Shown one piece after another: positions 9,966 through 19,456 of a stretch of 64,000 nucleotides of DNA (the first letter of the stretch is position 1; each line of letters starts with the position of its first letter). Position numbers and translations under genes: made by a program. The notes beneath the pieces are model-generated. The model was not told the origin of the DNA. It made no database searches and saw nothing but the letters and a program-made list of their open reading frames with translations. The DNA is from a virus (Duplodnaviria; Caudoviricetes): positions 1-64,000 of IMG/VR virus record IMGVR_UViG_3300018492_000150; one strand, 5' to 3'.

Positions 9966-10438
9966 TGTATGTAGCTAATTGGTATACCATACCAGGATTT
10001 ACTTCATATGAAATAAATATTCATACTAAAGATATACGATCTTTGAAGCACTATAAGAAAGATTGTTTTCATATTATGAAAGTATACGACGATGGTAATG
10101 TTAGGATAGTCGATGATACAGGAAAGCCTACCAGGATATCTCCAGAAGAAGCATATGATTTAACTTTTAATTCTGGATATGAATTAGTTCCTAGAGAAGA
10201 TGGTGCTGTATATAAAAGTGGAATGGTAAAAGGTATGAGGAAGATGAAAAGTAATGTTGATGTGATAAATGGAACTGTTGAAAATCTTCCTATAAAACCA
10301 GAAAAATTTCAAATATATGATTTTTATGAAAATTACACTATAGATGATAGTGATGATGAAGAAACTGTTATTCCTGATTATATGAAATTATTTGAGCAAC
10401 CAAAGATTAAACCATTCGTAATAAATCCCAAAAACTGA
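9965..10438 (+). CDS. NUMOD4-like domain protein
   Basis: WYTIPGFTSYEIN...IRS; no HNH catalytic motif visible; C-terminal KIKPFVI. Confidence 0.5.
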   Translation: MYVANWYTIPGFTSYEINIHTKDIRSLKHYKKDCFHIMKVYDDGNVRIVDDTGKPTRISPEEAYDLTFNSGYELVPREDGAVYKSGMVKGMRKMKSNVDVINGTVENLPIKPEKFQIYDFYENYTIDDSDDEETVIPDYMKLFEQPKIKPFVINPKN

Positions 10439-10477
10439 TAAAACTAACAAATAAGCTATACAAGGAGGATTATACTA

Positions 10478-12859
10478 ATGAGTGAAGAAATTATTGAACG
10501 AAACTCGGTCGAACAATATAAAATGGATATGGTTCGATACAGTATAGAAACAAACAGGAGACGTGCGTTTCCTGATTATAAAGATGGACTTAAATTAGTT
10601 CATAGAAGAATTTTATATGCTATGGCATTTGATTTAGCATCATTTAAATCACTTGTCAAAACAGCCCAGGTTACTGGTAAAGTAATGGGAGAATATCATC
10701 CGCATGGTGATAGTAGTATTGATAATGCTATTGAGATTTTATGTAACTGGTGGTCTACTTATGTTCCTCTCATTGCATCTGAATCAAGTATGGGTTCAAT
10801 GCAGGGTGATGGTGCAGCCGCTTCACGTTATACTGAAGTAATGCTATCAGACTTTGCAAGAGAAGCTATATTTGCTGATATGAAAGAGAATCAGAATATA
10901 GTAGACTGGACGCCAACCTATACAAACAAAGATAAGGAACCAGTATATCTTCCAGTAGCAGTTCCATTGTTACTCATCAATGGCTGTCTCGGTATTGGTA
11001 CTGGTAAATCTACTTCAGTTCCAGCTCATAATATCAATGAAGTTATTGATGCTACATTGAATCTTATTGATAATCCAGATGCTCCAGTAGTGTTGATTCC
11101 AGATCAATGTATGCCGTGTGAAATCATTGAAGCTAATTGGAAACAGATATCTAACTCTGGAGTTGGTACTTTTAAAGTAAGAGGTATTATTGATATTGAA
11201 ATTAAAGACAAAGGTAAATCAAATGAACACTATGCTCTTGTAGTTAAGAGTAAACCTGATAGGGTTATTATTGATGACGGAAAAGAGAACGGTGTGCATT
11301 ATCAGATCAATGATCTTGTAGAGAAAGGTAAACTTCCTCAGATTACAGATCTATATGAGAACTCTCATGGTAAAGACCTTAGATATGAGATTCATCTTAA
11401 AAAAGGAGCAGATCCTAATTATGTTAGGGATTATCTATATAAAGCAACTTCACTAGAGACAACGCAGTCAGTAAACTTCGAAGTTCTTGATGATATTGAA
11501 ATGATGAGAATGTCTTATAAATCTTACCTCCAAGCATTCATCGAGCAGAGAAAGATTACTAAGTTTAGAAAATATTGTATCAAATTACAAGACGCAAGAA
11601 CTAAACTTCACGAGACAGAGATTTGTATTATGCTTATTAAGACAGGTAAGATCGATGATATCTATAAGAGAATAAGAAAATCTAAATCTAAAAATGATCC
11701 TGAACTTCTTGATTGGATTATGAAGTTTTTGAATATCACTGACTTGCAGGCCAAGTTTGTAATCAACTACCCTCTTAAGAATCTTACACCAGCTCACTTA
11801 GCTTCATATGAAGAACAGGCTGCTAAAATTAGAGAGGTTGAACAACAGTGTATGAAAATCATTCTTGATGAAAGATTGATCTTGCAAGAGATTAAAGATG
11901 ACTTGATTTACTTTAAGAACAAATATGGTTTTCCTAGAAAATCTAAAGTTCTTAGTCAATCTAAGATTTCCAATATCCCGAAAGGAACTTTCAATGTAGT
12001 TATTACTGAAAATAACTATATTAAGAAACTTCCTGTAAATGAATCTATTGGTTCTTATAGAGGAGATAATCCTGTGAGAGTTATTAGAATTGAAAATACG
12101 AGTGATCTTATTTTAGTCACTTCTCAGGGAAGAGGATTTAGAGTTCCTGTAAGTAAAATACCTATTACTGAAAGAAACTCTATTGGATTAGATGTACGAA
12201 TTATGATCAAAGGAATCTCATCAAATATTGTAGCGATGTTCGATGGTGATCTTGTATCTAAGTTATCTAATCTTAAACAGAAACATTATGCTGTATTCTG
12301 TACAGAACAGAATTATATAAAAAAGCTCGATTTAAAAGATATTCTTATTGCTACCCCTAGTGGTATCATCATGACTAAACTTAACTCAGGAGATCAAGTT
12401 AAGGATGTTATGATTGCGCCAAATACAAGGGATCTGGTGATCTATTCTAAGAAGAAAGCTTTGAGATGTAAGCTTACAGATATTCCTAATTATAAGAGAA
12501 ATACGTTAGGGGTATATGCAATGAATACTAAAGATCCTATTGATGGTATTAGTATCATTGATGAAAATGCAACCGATATTGTAGTTATTACAGAATCAGG
12601 AAAAATTAACAAGTTCGATATTGCAGGATTACCAATGTCTGAAAGATATAAAGCTGGTAATACGGTTATCAAATTAGGAAAGATGGATACAATTCATTCA
12701 TTATTTAGTGTAAATGATTCGAACGCTCTTCATATTCTTACACGGAATAATAGAATCGATATCCCTGTAAATGAAATTCAACGGACTTCATCTATATCTC
12801 CAGGATCTAAAAAGATACCGATGAAAGGTGATAATATTATAAAAATTACCGTTGAATAG
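10478..12859 (+). CDS. gyrA: Type IIA topoisomerase A subunit (GyrA/ParC-like)
   Basis: DGLKLVHRR, YHPHGDSS, catalytic AASRYTE, beta-pinwheel C-terminal repeats. Confidence 0.95.
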   Translation: MSEEIIERNSVEQYKMDMVRYSIETNRRRAFPDYKDGLKLVHRRILYAMAFDLASFKSLVKTAQVTGKVMGEYHPHGDSSIDNAIEILCNWWSTYVPLIASESSMGSMQGDGAAASRYTEVMLSDFAREAIFADMKENQNIVDWTPTYTNKDKEPVYLPVAVPLLLINGCLGIGTGKSTSVPAHNINEVIDATLNLIDNPDAPVVLIPDQCMPCEIIEANWKQISNSGVGTFKVRGIIDIEIKDKGKSNEHYALVVKSKPDRVIIDDGKENGVHYQINDLVEKGKLPQITDLYENSHGKDLRYEIHLKKGADPNYVRDYLYKATSLETTQSVNFEVLDDIEMMRMSYKSYLQAFIEQRKITKFRKYCIKLQDARTKLHETEICIMLIKTGKIDDIYKRIRKSKSKNDPELLDWIMKFLNITDLQAKFVINYPLKNLTPAHLASYEEQAAKIREVEQQCMKIILDERLILQEIKDDLIYFKNKYGFPRKSKVLSQSKISNIPKGTFNVVITENNYIKKLPVNESIGSYRGDNPVRVIRIENTSDLILVTSQGRGFRVPVSKIPITERNSIGLDVRIMIKGISSNIVAMFDGDLVSKLSNLKQKHYAVFCTEQNYIKKLDLKDILIATPSGIIMTKLNSGDQVKDVMIAPNTRDLVIYSKKKALRCKLTDIPNYKRNTLGVYAMNTKDPIDGISIIDENATDIVVITESGKINKFDIAGLPMSERYKAGNTVIKLGKMDTIHSLFSVNDSNALHILTRNNRIDIPVNEIQRTSSISPGSKKIPMKGDNIIKITVE

Positions 12860-12926
12860 TTTTATAAAAGTATATCTGGTAGCTTATTACAAGCTACCAG
12901 ACTTTTTATTAAAAGGAGGAATAATT

Positions 12927-13559
12927 ATGTTGTATATTCAAAAAGAACTTATAAAAGATATTGATGATTTATTAAAACTTGTAGACAAATACAAAGATGA
13001 ATTTGATAACAAGTTTATATTTATAAGATTGTCTGATGTGAAAAAATTTAATAATTCTATTTTTAGTCAGATATATGAGAAACTTTCATCAACTCCGCTA
13101 ATATACTTTTCTGAATTATATGGAAGCATATTATGTGATATGAGAAATCATATATTAAATAATTTTGCTGAATTTGTCACCGAGTACAGATTATATATGC
13201 ATTATATAATAGAATCTGTTACCTTTTATACAATAATGGCAAATACAGAACCAAGATATTTTTATTATAAATACATCAATGCATCTGCTAATAATGATAG
13301 TTTAAGTTTGGTAAAACAAAACAAACCATTATTTGGCGGTGATCCTGATCTGGGAATATTCTTTTTAGCATTTACCAAAATTATAAACAGTATATCTGAA
13401 AAAATTAAAAAAGTGTATAAGAATGTAAATAAATTTTCTGAAAATCTATCCAGAGATATATTGTCTTCATCTGTTAATTTATGTAATGATGAAGAACTAA
13501 ATGAATACTTTAATAGTATTTGTGAATTTGCTAAGAATTATAAGAAGGAGGAGAATTAA
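12927..13559 (+). CDS. Hypothetical protein
   Basis: AAGGAGG RBS. Confidence 0.7.
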   Translation: MLYIQKELIKDIDDLLKLVDKYKDEFDNKFIFIRLSDVKKFNNSIFSQIYEKLSSTPLIYFSELYGSILCDMRNHILNNFAEFVTEYRLYMHYIIESVTFYTIMANTEPRYFYYKYINASANNDSLSLVKQNKPLFGGDPDLGIFFLAFTKIINSISEKIKKVYKNVNKFSENLSRDILSSSVNLCNDEELNEYFNSICEFAKNYKKEEN

Positions 13560-13560
13560 T

Positions 13561-14274
13561 ATGTTATATTGTATCATTGGTAACAGTGGTGTAGGAAAAG
13601 ATACTATCTTAAATAAGTTATTAGCTGATAAAAAGCTAGGACTCAAGAAAGTAGTTACTTGTACTACTCGACCTATGAGGGATAACGAGGTTCAAGGAGG
13701 AAACTATCATTTTGTGAGCAAAGCGTTAGCTTTCAGGATAATTAAATCGAGAAAATATAAAGTAGCTAATGGAGATTATTGGTACTACTTTACTCCGGAT
13801 TTTTGCTTAACGAAACATGAAGTAGAAAATGATAATCTCATATGTGTTGCAGCACCGGAACAGTTTAGGGCATATTATAAAGCGTTTCCTGGCTACGTTG
13901 TTCCTATAATTATTAAAGTGCATGATAAAATTAGACTTATGAGATCTTTACAAAGAGAAAATAATCCTGATTGTAAAGAAATATGTAGAAGATTTCTTGC
14001 AGATATAGATAGTAACGAATGGCTATACAAAGATATTAACGATAATCTTATATTCTATAATGATAACGATGTAGATGATGTAGTTGAATCTATATCTGAA
14101 AGTATATATGAGTCAAATGCAATATCGCTGATATTTAAGGGAAATTTTATATATTATGATTGCATAAAAAATGGATCTGCATTTGCATCACTTATTAGCG
14201 GAATTGAGCCAGATACTTTAATAAAATATAGACATGAAGAATACGTAAAGATGGAGGAGAAAATAGATGAATAG
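13561..14274 (+). CDS. gmk: Guanylate kinase-like protein
   Basis: GNSGVGKDT, TTRPMRDNEVQGGNYHFVS. Confidence 0.85.
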   Translation: MLYCIIGNSGVGKDTILNKLLADKKLGLKKVVTCTTRPMRDNEVQGGNYHFVSKALAFRIIKSRKYKVANGDYWYYFTPDFCLTKHEVENDNLICVAAPEQFRAYYKAFPGYVVPIIIKVHDKIRLMRSLQRENNPDCKEICRRFLADIDSNEWLYKDINDNLIFYNDNDVDDVVESISESIYESNAISLIFKGNFIYYDCIKNGSAFASLISGIEPDTLIKYRHEEYVKMEEKIDE

Positions 14275-15277
14275 AGTATTAATAGTACATCATAATGACG
14301 ATGATGGGATTTGTGCAGCTGCAGCAGCAAGCTTTTATGGAACTAATGGTAGTAATGTGAGATTTAAAGCAGTAAACTATGATCAAAATTTACAAGAAAT
14401 TCTTGGTGATACTGTATATGATTTTGATACTATATTCTTTGTAGATTATAGTATTTCTAAAGAAGAGAATGCAAAGTTTGTGTTAGAATTATATAATCAT
14501 CCAAAGAAAGTAGTAAAATGGTTCGATCATCACAAATCATCTATAGATTTTATTGAATCTAACCCAGAATATCACGAATTAATTGATATTGGTGGGTATA
14601 GAATTATTGGTATTGCTGGATGTGCTTTAGTATGGTTATATTATAATAATGATTTAGTTAGTGATCAAACTTTGTTGTATGATACAATTGCACGGCACAA
14701 TTCAAATATTTCTGTATCTTATGATGATGCTAGATCACTTGTTAGATATGCACCTTCAATAATTCAATATGTACATCGATATGATATTTGGGACCCGTTT
14801 GATAAAGATATGACAAATCTCTTTCATTATGGATGGGATTGTAAAGATCCTACTGAATATTATACATACTTTCACAAAGATTATAAAGGTAGTATTATTA
14901 GAGATACTATAGAGAAAGGGAAAGCTATAAAATGTTACCTTGACAGTGAGAATGAAGAACATTGTAAAGATAATGGTTTTAATATAACAATACGATTTGA
15001 GAAAGATGGTATTATTAAAGATTATTCGTGTTTTGCACTCAACACCTATCATTGTACATCATTAGCATTTGGAGATATGATTAATATGTATGATATAGTA
15101 CTGCCATTCTTCTTTACAGGAAAGAAATGGAGACATTCTATGTACACTGTAAAAGAAGATATCGATGTGTCTGAAATATGCACATTACTTGGTGGTGGAG
15201 GTCATCCTAAAGCGGCAGGATATACGAGCGATCAATTGGACATTTATCCTGATACTATAATATCAGTATATAAATAA
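14267..15277 (+). CDS. DHH/DHHA1 phosphoesterase (nanoRNase-like)
   Basis: HHNDDDG, FVDYS, FDHH, GGGGHPKAAG. Confidence 0.9.
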   Translation: MNRVLIVHHNDDDGICAAAAASFYGTNGSNVRFKAVNYDQNLQEILGDTVYDFDTIFFVDYSISKEENAKFVLELYNHPKKVVKWFDHHKSSIDFIESNPEYHELIDIGGYRIIGIAGCALVWLYYNNDLVSDQTLLYDTIARHNSNISVSYDDARSLVRYAPSIIQYVHRYDIWDPFDKDMTNLFHYGWDCKDPTEYYTYFHKDYKGSIIRDTIEKGKAIKCYLDSENEEHCKDNGFNITIRFEKDGIIKDYSCFALNTYHCTSLAFGDMINMYDIVLPFFFTGKKWRHSMYTVKEDIDVSEICTLLGGGGHPKAAGYTSDQLDIYPDTIISVYK

Positions 15278-15345
15278 AAAATATAGGGATATGGTTTTAA
15301 ACCATATCCCGTTTCTTTTTTTGTAAATTTAGATATTTTTATTTA

Positions 15346-15353
15346 TATATTAT
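15346..15353 (+). promoter_or_regulatory. Putative early promoter motif TATATTAT upstream of array 1 and the Tas-like gene
   Basis: Same 8-mer lies upstream of genes at 4420, 5899, 9351, 18911, 25566, 30223, 34818 and 40067; resembles the phiKZ early motif TATATTAC. Weak on its own in AT-rich DNA. Confidence 0.55.
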
Positions 15354-15464
15354 TATAGTGAACAAGTCATGATGACTTATCTACATACTCGCAGTCAAAT
15401 ATTAAAAAGAATGGAGGTGGTGATAAATATGATTTGATCGTATTATTAGTATTAAATTGTTTCA

Positions 15465-15736
15465 ATATATCATCCAAATGGAAAGACTCAGCTCTCTCGA
15501 TATATCGTAATAGATAAAAGATTTACGTATGGGAATATATCGTATGGAGGAAAAGATTCATTCAACTAGATATATCTCACAAGGATAAAGATTCAGGTCA
15601 TGAAATATATCATTGATAACAAAAGATTCAGATGAATGCGATATGTCAAAAAAAGGAAAAGATTCAGTTTCATCAATATATCATACCAATTAAAAGATTC
15701 TCATGTGGCTATATATCATCATATCGAAAAGAATCA
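15465..15736 (+). repeat. TIGR-like dual-spacer array 1 (8 units, 35-nt period)
   Basis: ATATATCA-like repeats at 15465, 15500, 15535, 15570, 15605, 15641, 15676 and 15711 alternate with AAAGATTCA-like repeats; intervening variable segments are 9 nt. Confidence 0.9.
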
Positions 15737-15771
15737 AAAATAATAAATAAAATACTCAGGAGGAAATAAAA

Positions 15772-17229
15772 ATGGAAAACAAGAAAATGTTATTTGAGGC
15801 AATGTTAGAAGCTGAGGAATTAAAGATCTCGGCTAAATTATCTAATGAGGAAATATTAGAACTTAGAGATGCAGCTAATGACCGAAAGATCGTTGGATTT
15901 TTGGTTGATCAATACTATCAGTCCCAAGAATATAGAAAAGCTGTGCAAAATCAAGCACGGTCATTATTGCAGGGTTATGATCAGTCAAGAGAAGATCATC
16001 CAGAGTTTATTAAAACTTTGCTTCTCAATGTAACAAAACAGGAAGCCAGAAACAAAGCAATGATGGATGTCATTACTGAAGAGATTCCTATTTGTCGGTG
16101 GATGAAATCTATTAAAGGTATTGGTCCTGTAATCTCTGCATATCTTTACAGTGCATTGGTAGTTAATGTATGGGAAGAAGTTGATCTTGATGATATCCCT
16201 GATTACGTTGACATTGCTGGTATAACTGAATGGACAAGAAAAACTCAGTATGAGATCAGTTCATATTGTAGATTTAGAGGAAAATTTTACAGAGCTAATC
16301 AAACAACTTATAGTATGCCTGGCACTATAAGATATGGTACTGATTTCTCCTCATATACTGGATTAAATGATAACAACAATCCATGGCTTGGAGAGAAAGG
16401 TGCTGCTGAAGTTATGAAAAAAGCATTAGCAAAACGAGAAGCTTTCTATGGTACTATCGATAGTACACTTGAAAGTTTCATTCCAGATGCTAAGATGAAG
16501 AAAGTTAAAACTAAAGTTAAGTCTTATATTAAGACTCTTGGTGTTTTTGATTTAGTAGATCTTGGAAAAATTATTCAGGATACTACTGGTATTGTAGCGG
16601 ATTTATCTGATCTATTAACACAGACTCAGGTTATATATTTAGAGGACTGGGCTAAATGGGTAGAGAATGACAAGAACGTTGATCAATATTTATACGACAC
16701 TGTCCATGAGATTACTGGAAGAAAGGTTGAACTTATTGAACAAGGTACAATTACTACCTGGATGTCAAAGAAAAAGAGGCCTAAAAAACCTACCACTGCA
16801 GAATTGAAGTCTTATCTTTCTAAACCACCATATAATAAAGACCTCAAGAAATTGATGTTTAATATTGGAGATTGTTTTATAAAGAACAGCTCTAGAGGAT
16901 CTTTATATGGAGAGATTTTCAGAAAGAGACTTGATGATGAAATGGTAAAAAATGAAGCTCTTGAATATGCAGATCAGGCTGCTAAAATTCTTGAAACAAA
17001 GGATATACAGGATTCTGCTACGAAAAAGACATTACAATCCGGAAAGTTGACGCAGGGTCATCTTGTAGCTAGAGCTAGAAGATATGCAGTAAAACTTTTT
17101 ATATCTCATGTGCACGAAGCAATGTGGTATGCAGAGTTTCATGAAGACAGTCCATCTCCATATGTGATTAGCCATATGGGGCATAAAGACTATGTGGCAC
17201 CAGAAGTTGATTATCATGAGTACCTCTAA
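15772..17229 (+). CDS. Nop/IS110-C-terminal-domain protein (Tas-like RNA-guided binding protein, no recognisable nuclease domain)
   Basis: Coiled coil LVDQYYQSQEYRKAVQNQ, HhH WMKSIKGIGPVISAYL, FSSYTGL, PYNKDLKKLMF...LYGEIFRKR, HLVARARRYAVKLFISH; no DEDD/RuvC N-terminus; flanked by arrays. Confidence 0.75.
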   Translation: MENKKMLFEAMLEAEELKISAKLSNEEILELRDAANDRKIVGFLVDQYYQSQEYRKAVQNQARSLLQGYDQSREDHPEFIKTLLLNVTKQEARNKAMMDVITEEIPICRWMKSIKGIGPVISAYLYSALVVNVWEEVDLDDIPDYVDIAGITEWTRKTQYEISSYCRFRGKFYRANQTTYSMPGTIRYGTDFSSYTGLNDNNNPWLGEKGAAEVMKKALAKREAFYGTIDSTLESFIPDAKMKKVKTKVKSYIKTLGVFDLVDLGKIIQDTTGIVADLSDLLTQTQVIYLEDWAKWVENDKNVDQYLYDTVHEITGRKVELIEQGTITTWMSKKKRPKKPTTAELKSYLSKPPYNKDLKKLMFNIGDCFIKNSSRGSLYGEIFRKRLDDEMVKNEALEYADQAAKILETKDIQDSATKKTLQSGKLTQGHLVARARRYAVKLFISHVHEAMWYAEFHEDSPSPYVISHMGHKDYVAPEVDYHEYL

Positions 17230-17260
17230 TTAGAGGTACTCTTTTGATTAAATTGAAATG

Positions 17261-17639
17261 ATATAGCAAAGAACCTAAAAGATTCAAGAACATAAACATA
17301 TCAGTTGAAAAAAAAATATTCATCAATCTAAATATATCAACCAAAGAAAAAGATTCACTTCTTTTAATATATCATGCATTGAAAAAGATTTAAAATTTGT
17401 AATATATCGTATTACAAAAAAGATTCACCACTCATAATATATCAAAGAATTTAAAAGATTCATTAGGCGTAATAAATCATATAATAGAAAAGATCCAATG
17501 TAAGTGTATATATCATACTACAAAAGAGATTGATGGAAATTAATATATCTAGAAAGGAAAAAGATTCGAGAAGTTTAATAATTTCTATTGAGGAAAAAGA
17601 TTCAGTTTAGTCAATATGTCACGATGGGTAAAAGAATTA
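17261..17639 (+). repeat. TIGR-like dual-spacer array 2 (11 units)
   Basis: First repeat at 17261, 17296, 17332, 17367, 17402, 17437, 17472, 17508, 17543, 17578 and 17614, alternating with AAAGATTCA. Confidence 0.9.
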
Positions 17640-17676
17640 ATAGAAAGAGATTAATTTCTCTTTCTATTTATTTTTT
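17639..17676 (+). terminator. Terminator closing array 2
   Basis: AATAGAAAGAGA...TCTCTTTCTATT plus T-tract. Confidence 0.8.
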
Positions 17677-17694
17677 GTTTATTTAGGTATCTGA

Positions 17695-17706
17695 AACATT
17701 GAAGTA
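17695..17706 (+). promoter_or_regulatory. Putative late promoter AACA-N6-TA (AR9 non-virion RNAP type)
   Basis: Same motif upstream of genes at 2693, 27245, 28177, 28987 and 53076 (+) and at 48974, 58358 and 59168 (-); AACT variants at 6891, 10442, 19502 and 33543. Confidence 0.6.
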
Positions 17707-17732
17707 ATATAAATAAGGATGGTGAAATAATC

Positions 17733-18902
17733 ATGAAAGTTACTAGAGTAGCAGTAAATAAAATATATCCTATTGTAGAAAAAAGCTTACAAAAAAATAC
17801 ACCGGCATATAAGAAAAATGTGCAAGAGTTTATTAAAGATAGATCTAAAGATTTATATGATATTGTTCCAGTAAGAAGAATACCATTTGGATCTGAAGAT
17901 ATAGATAGTTTCTTCAAAGCTATGAAAATAGATAAAAATGAGATCACACAATGTTTGAGCGAAACGTACTACTGGAACATGAACTTTAATCCTAGAGCAG
18001 CTAAGGACGAATTTACAATGACTATGATGATGGTAATACGGTACTTTCTGCTTAAGAATAAACAAACTGATGCAGAAATATCTACTATTTATTTAGCATT
18101 TTCTGGAAAATTTTATCCTTCTATTCATTCACAGAAATTTAAAATTCCGCCAGAGAAGTACAGACATATTATGGAATATGTATTAAATAATGTGCTTACT
18201 CAGAAGTATGACCTTAAAAGAGAAGGTTCTGTATTTGGAGCTGTTAGATCTATTTGCAGAACATGGTTAAGAACTTACACTCCTAAATTTAAAAATCCAG
18301 ATGATGAAGATGTTGCTGATATGATACAGCAGCTTCATGGTAGAATTAAATCATTCTTAGGGAATATAGCTGCAGCTTATTATGATACTTATGAAAAGAG
18401 AGATTCATATTTTGCTTATGCATCAGATTCTAACGATCAAGATTCTTTCAGAATTGCTGATAATGATTCTTTATTAGCAGAAAGATGTGTAGAAAATGCT
18501 ATGAATTGGATCACAACAAAACAAGTGGACTATAAATTATGTAAATGGGCTTCAGATAAGAATGTAAAGGTGGATGAAATAAAATCTATTATAGAATCAA
18601 TACAGGAAGATAGTGATAATTTACTTCTTATACGAGAGATGATGCAATTGATAATTGCTGATTATTTCTCTATATCTAATAATAAAGATGTCACGTCATA
18701 TGAGTTTATTAACAAATCAATTGTCGCTAAACCAAATAGTAAAAATAAGTATGTAATTCGCCAGAAAGAAATTATAGAATATTTTCTTGATGAGAATTCT
18801 CCTGCTTATAGAAAGAGAAAAAGTAGACCTGACACAAAGTCATCTTATTATAAATCTATCTTGACATATTATGTTTTGGTAATAAATGAATCTAATAAAT
18901 AA
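17733..18902 (+). CDS. Hypothetical protein (389 aa) between arrays 2 and 3
   Basis: Long ORF with late-type promoter; no motif recognised. Confidence 0.8.
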   Translation: MKVTRVAVNKIYPIVEKSLQKNTPAYKKNVQEFIKDRSKDLYDIVPVRRIPFGSEDIDSFFKAMKIDKNEITQCLSETYYWNMNFNPRAAKDEFTMTMMMVIRYFLLKNKQTDAEISTIYLAFSGKFYPSIHSQKFKIPPEKYRHIMEYVLNNVLTQKYDLKREGSVFGAVRSICRTWLRTYTPKFKNPDDEDVADMIQQLHGRIKSFLGNIAAAYYDTYEKRDSYFAYASDSNDQDSFRIADNDSLLAERCVENAMNWITTKQVDYKLCKWASDKNVKVDEIKSIIESIQEDSDNLLLIREMMQLIIADYFSISNNKDVTSYEFINKSIVAKPNSKNKYVIRQKEIIEYFLDENSPAYRKRKSRPDTKSSYYKSILTYYVLVINESNK

Positions 18903-18940
18903 TATGATTATATATTATTAAGATGATTATAAGAAAGGAG

Positions 18941-19456
18941 ATATATCATAAGCCATAAAAGATTCATTACCATGGAATATATCAGGTTATGCAAAAGATT
19001 TATCCGCAATAATATGTAAAGAGGCATTAAGAGATTCAAAAACATAAATATATTGGCAGAAAAAGATTCAGTAAAGTCAAATATATCATTACGTATAAAA
19101 GATTCACAACCACAATATATCAGGAGGCATAAAGATTTATACGCTGTAATATATCATTAGAAATAAAAGAATCAAAGTATCCTATATATCATCAGTATTG
19201 AGTGATTCTTGTGTACTTATGTGTCTTAAAGAAATGAAGATTCATTATATAAGCAAATATATCAAGCGGATAAAGAGATTCAACTTCTCAAATATTTCAA
19301 GTTATGCAAAAGATTCATTTCTGAGAATATATCATTATATATAAAAGATTCTTGATTCATATTATATCACAAAACAAAAAAGATTCTAGCGAGATAATAT
19401 TTCATTAAATTTTAAAGATTCAATAGACTCAAGATGTCAAGTAGATGAAAAGTTAA
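18941..19456 (+). repeat. TIGR-like dual-spacer array 3 (about 15 units, more degenerate)
   Basis: Same alternating ATATATCA / AAAGATTCA repeats with mostly 9-nt spacers; TATATTAT at 18911 upstream. Confidence 0.9.

Noticed and set aside
15364-15378. Box C-like ATGATGA in a small hairpin upstream of array 1
   Set aside because: Single occurrence, no partner box D, and not found at arrays 2 or 3; probably chance.
15772-17229. Active IS110 transposase
   Set aside because: No N-terminal DEDD/RuvC domain or SG catalytic loop is visible; only the RNA-binding-type part is similar.
15465-19456. Arrays as CRISPR arrays
   Set aside because: Repeats are 8-9 nt and of two alternating kinds, spacers are only 9 nt, and no cas gene is present.
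15465-19456. Arrays as coding repeats or replication iterons
   Set aside because: The 35-nt period is not a multiple of 3 and no long ORF spans them. Fixed-length variable slots, promoter/terminator framing and the adjacent Nop-like gene fit guide arrays better, though DNA-level binding sites are not formally excluded.
15465-19456. Self-targets of the spacers within the window
   Set aside because: A spot check by eye found no convincing paired 9+9 match; a proper search could not be run, so targets are unknown.
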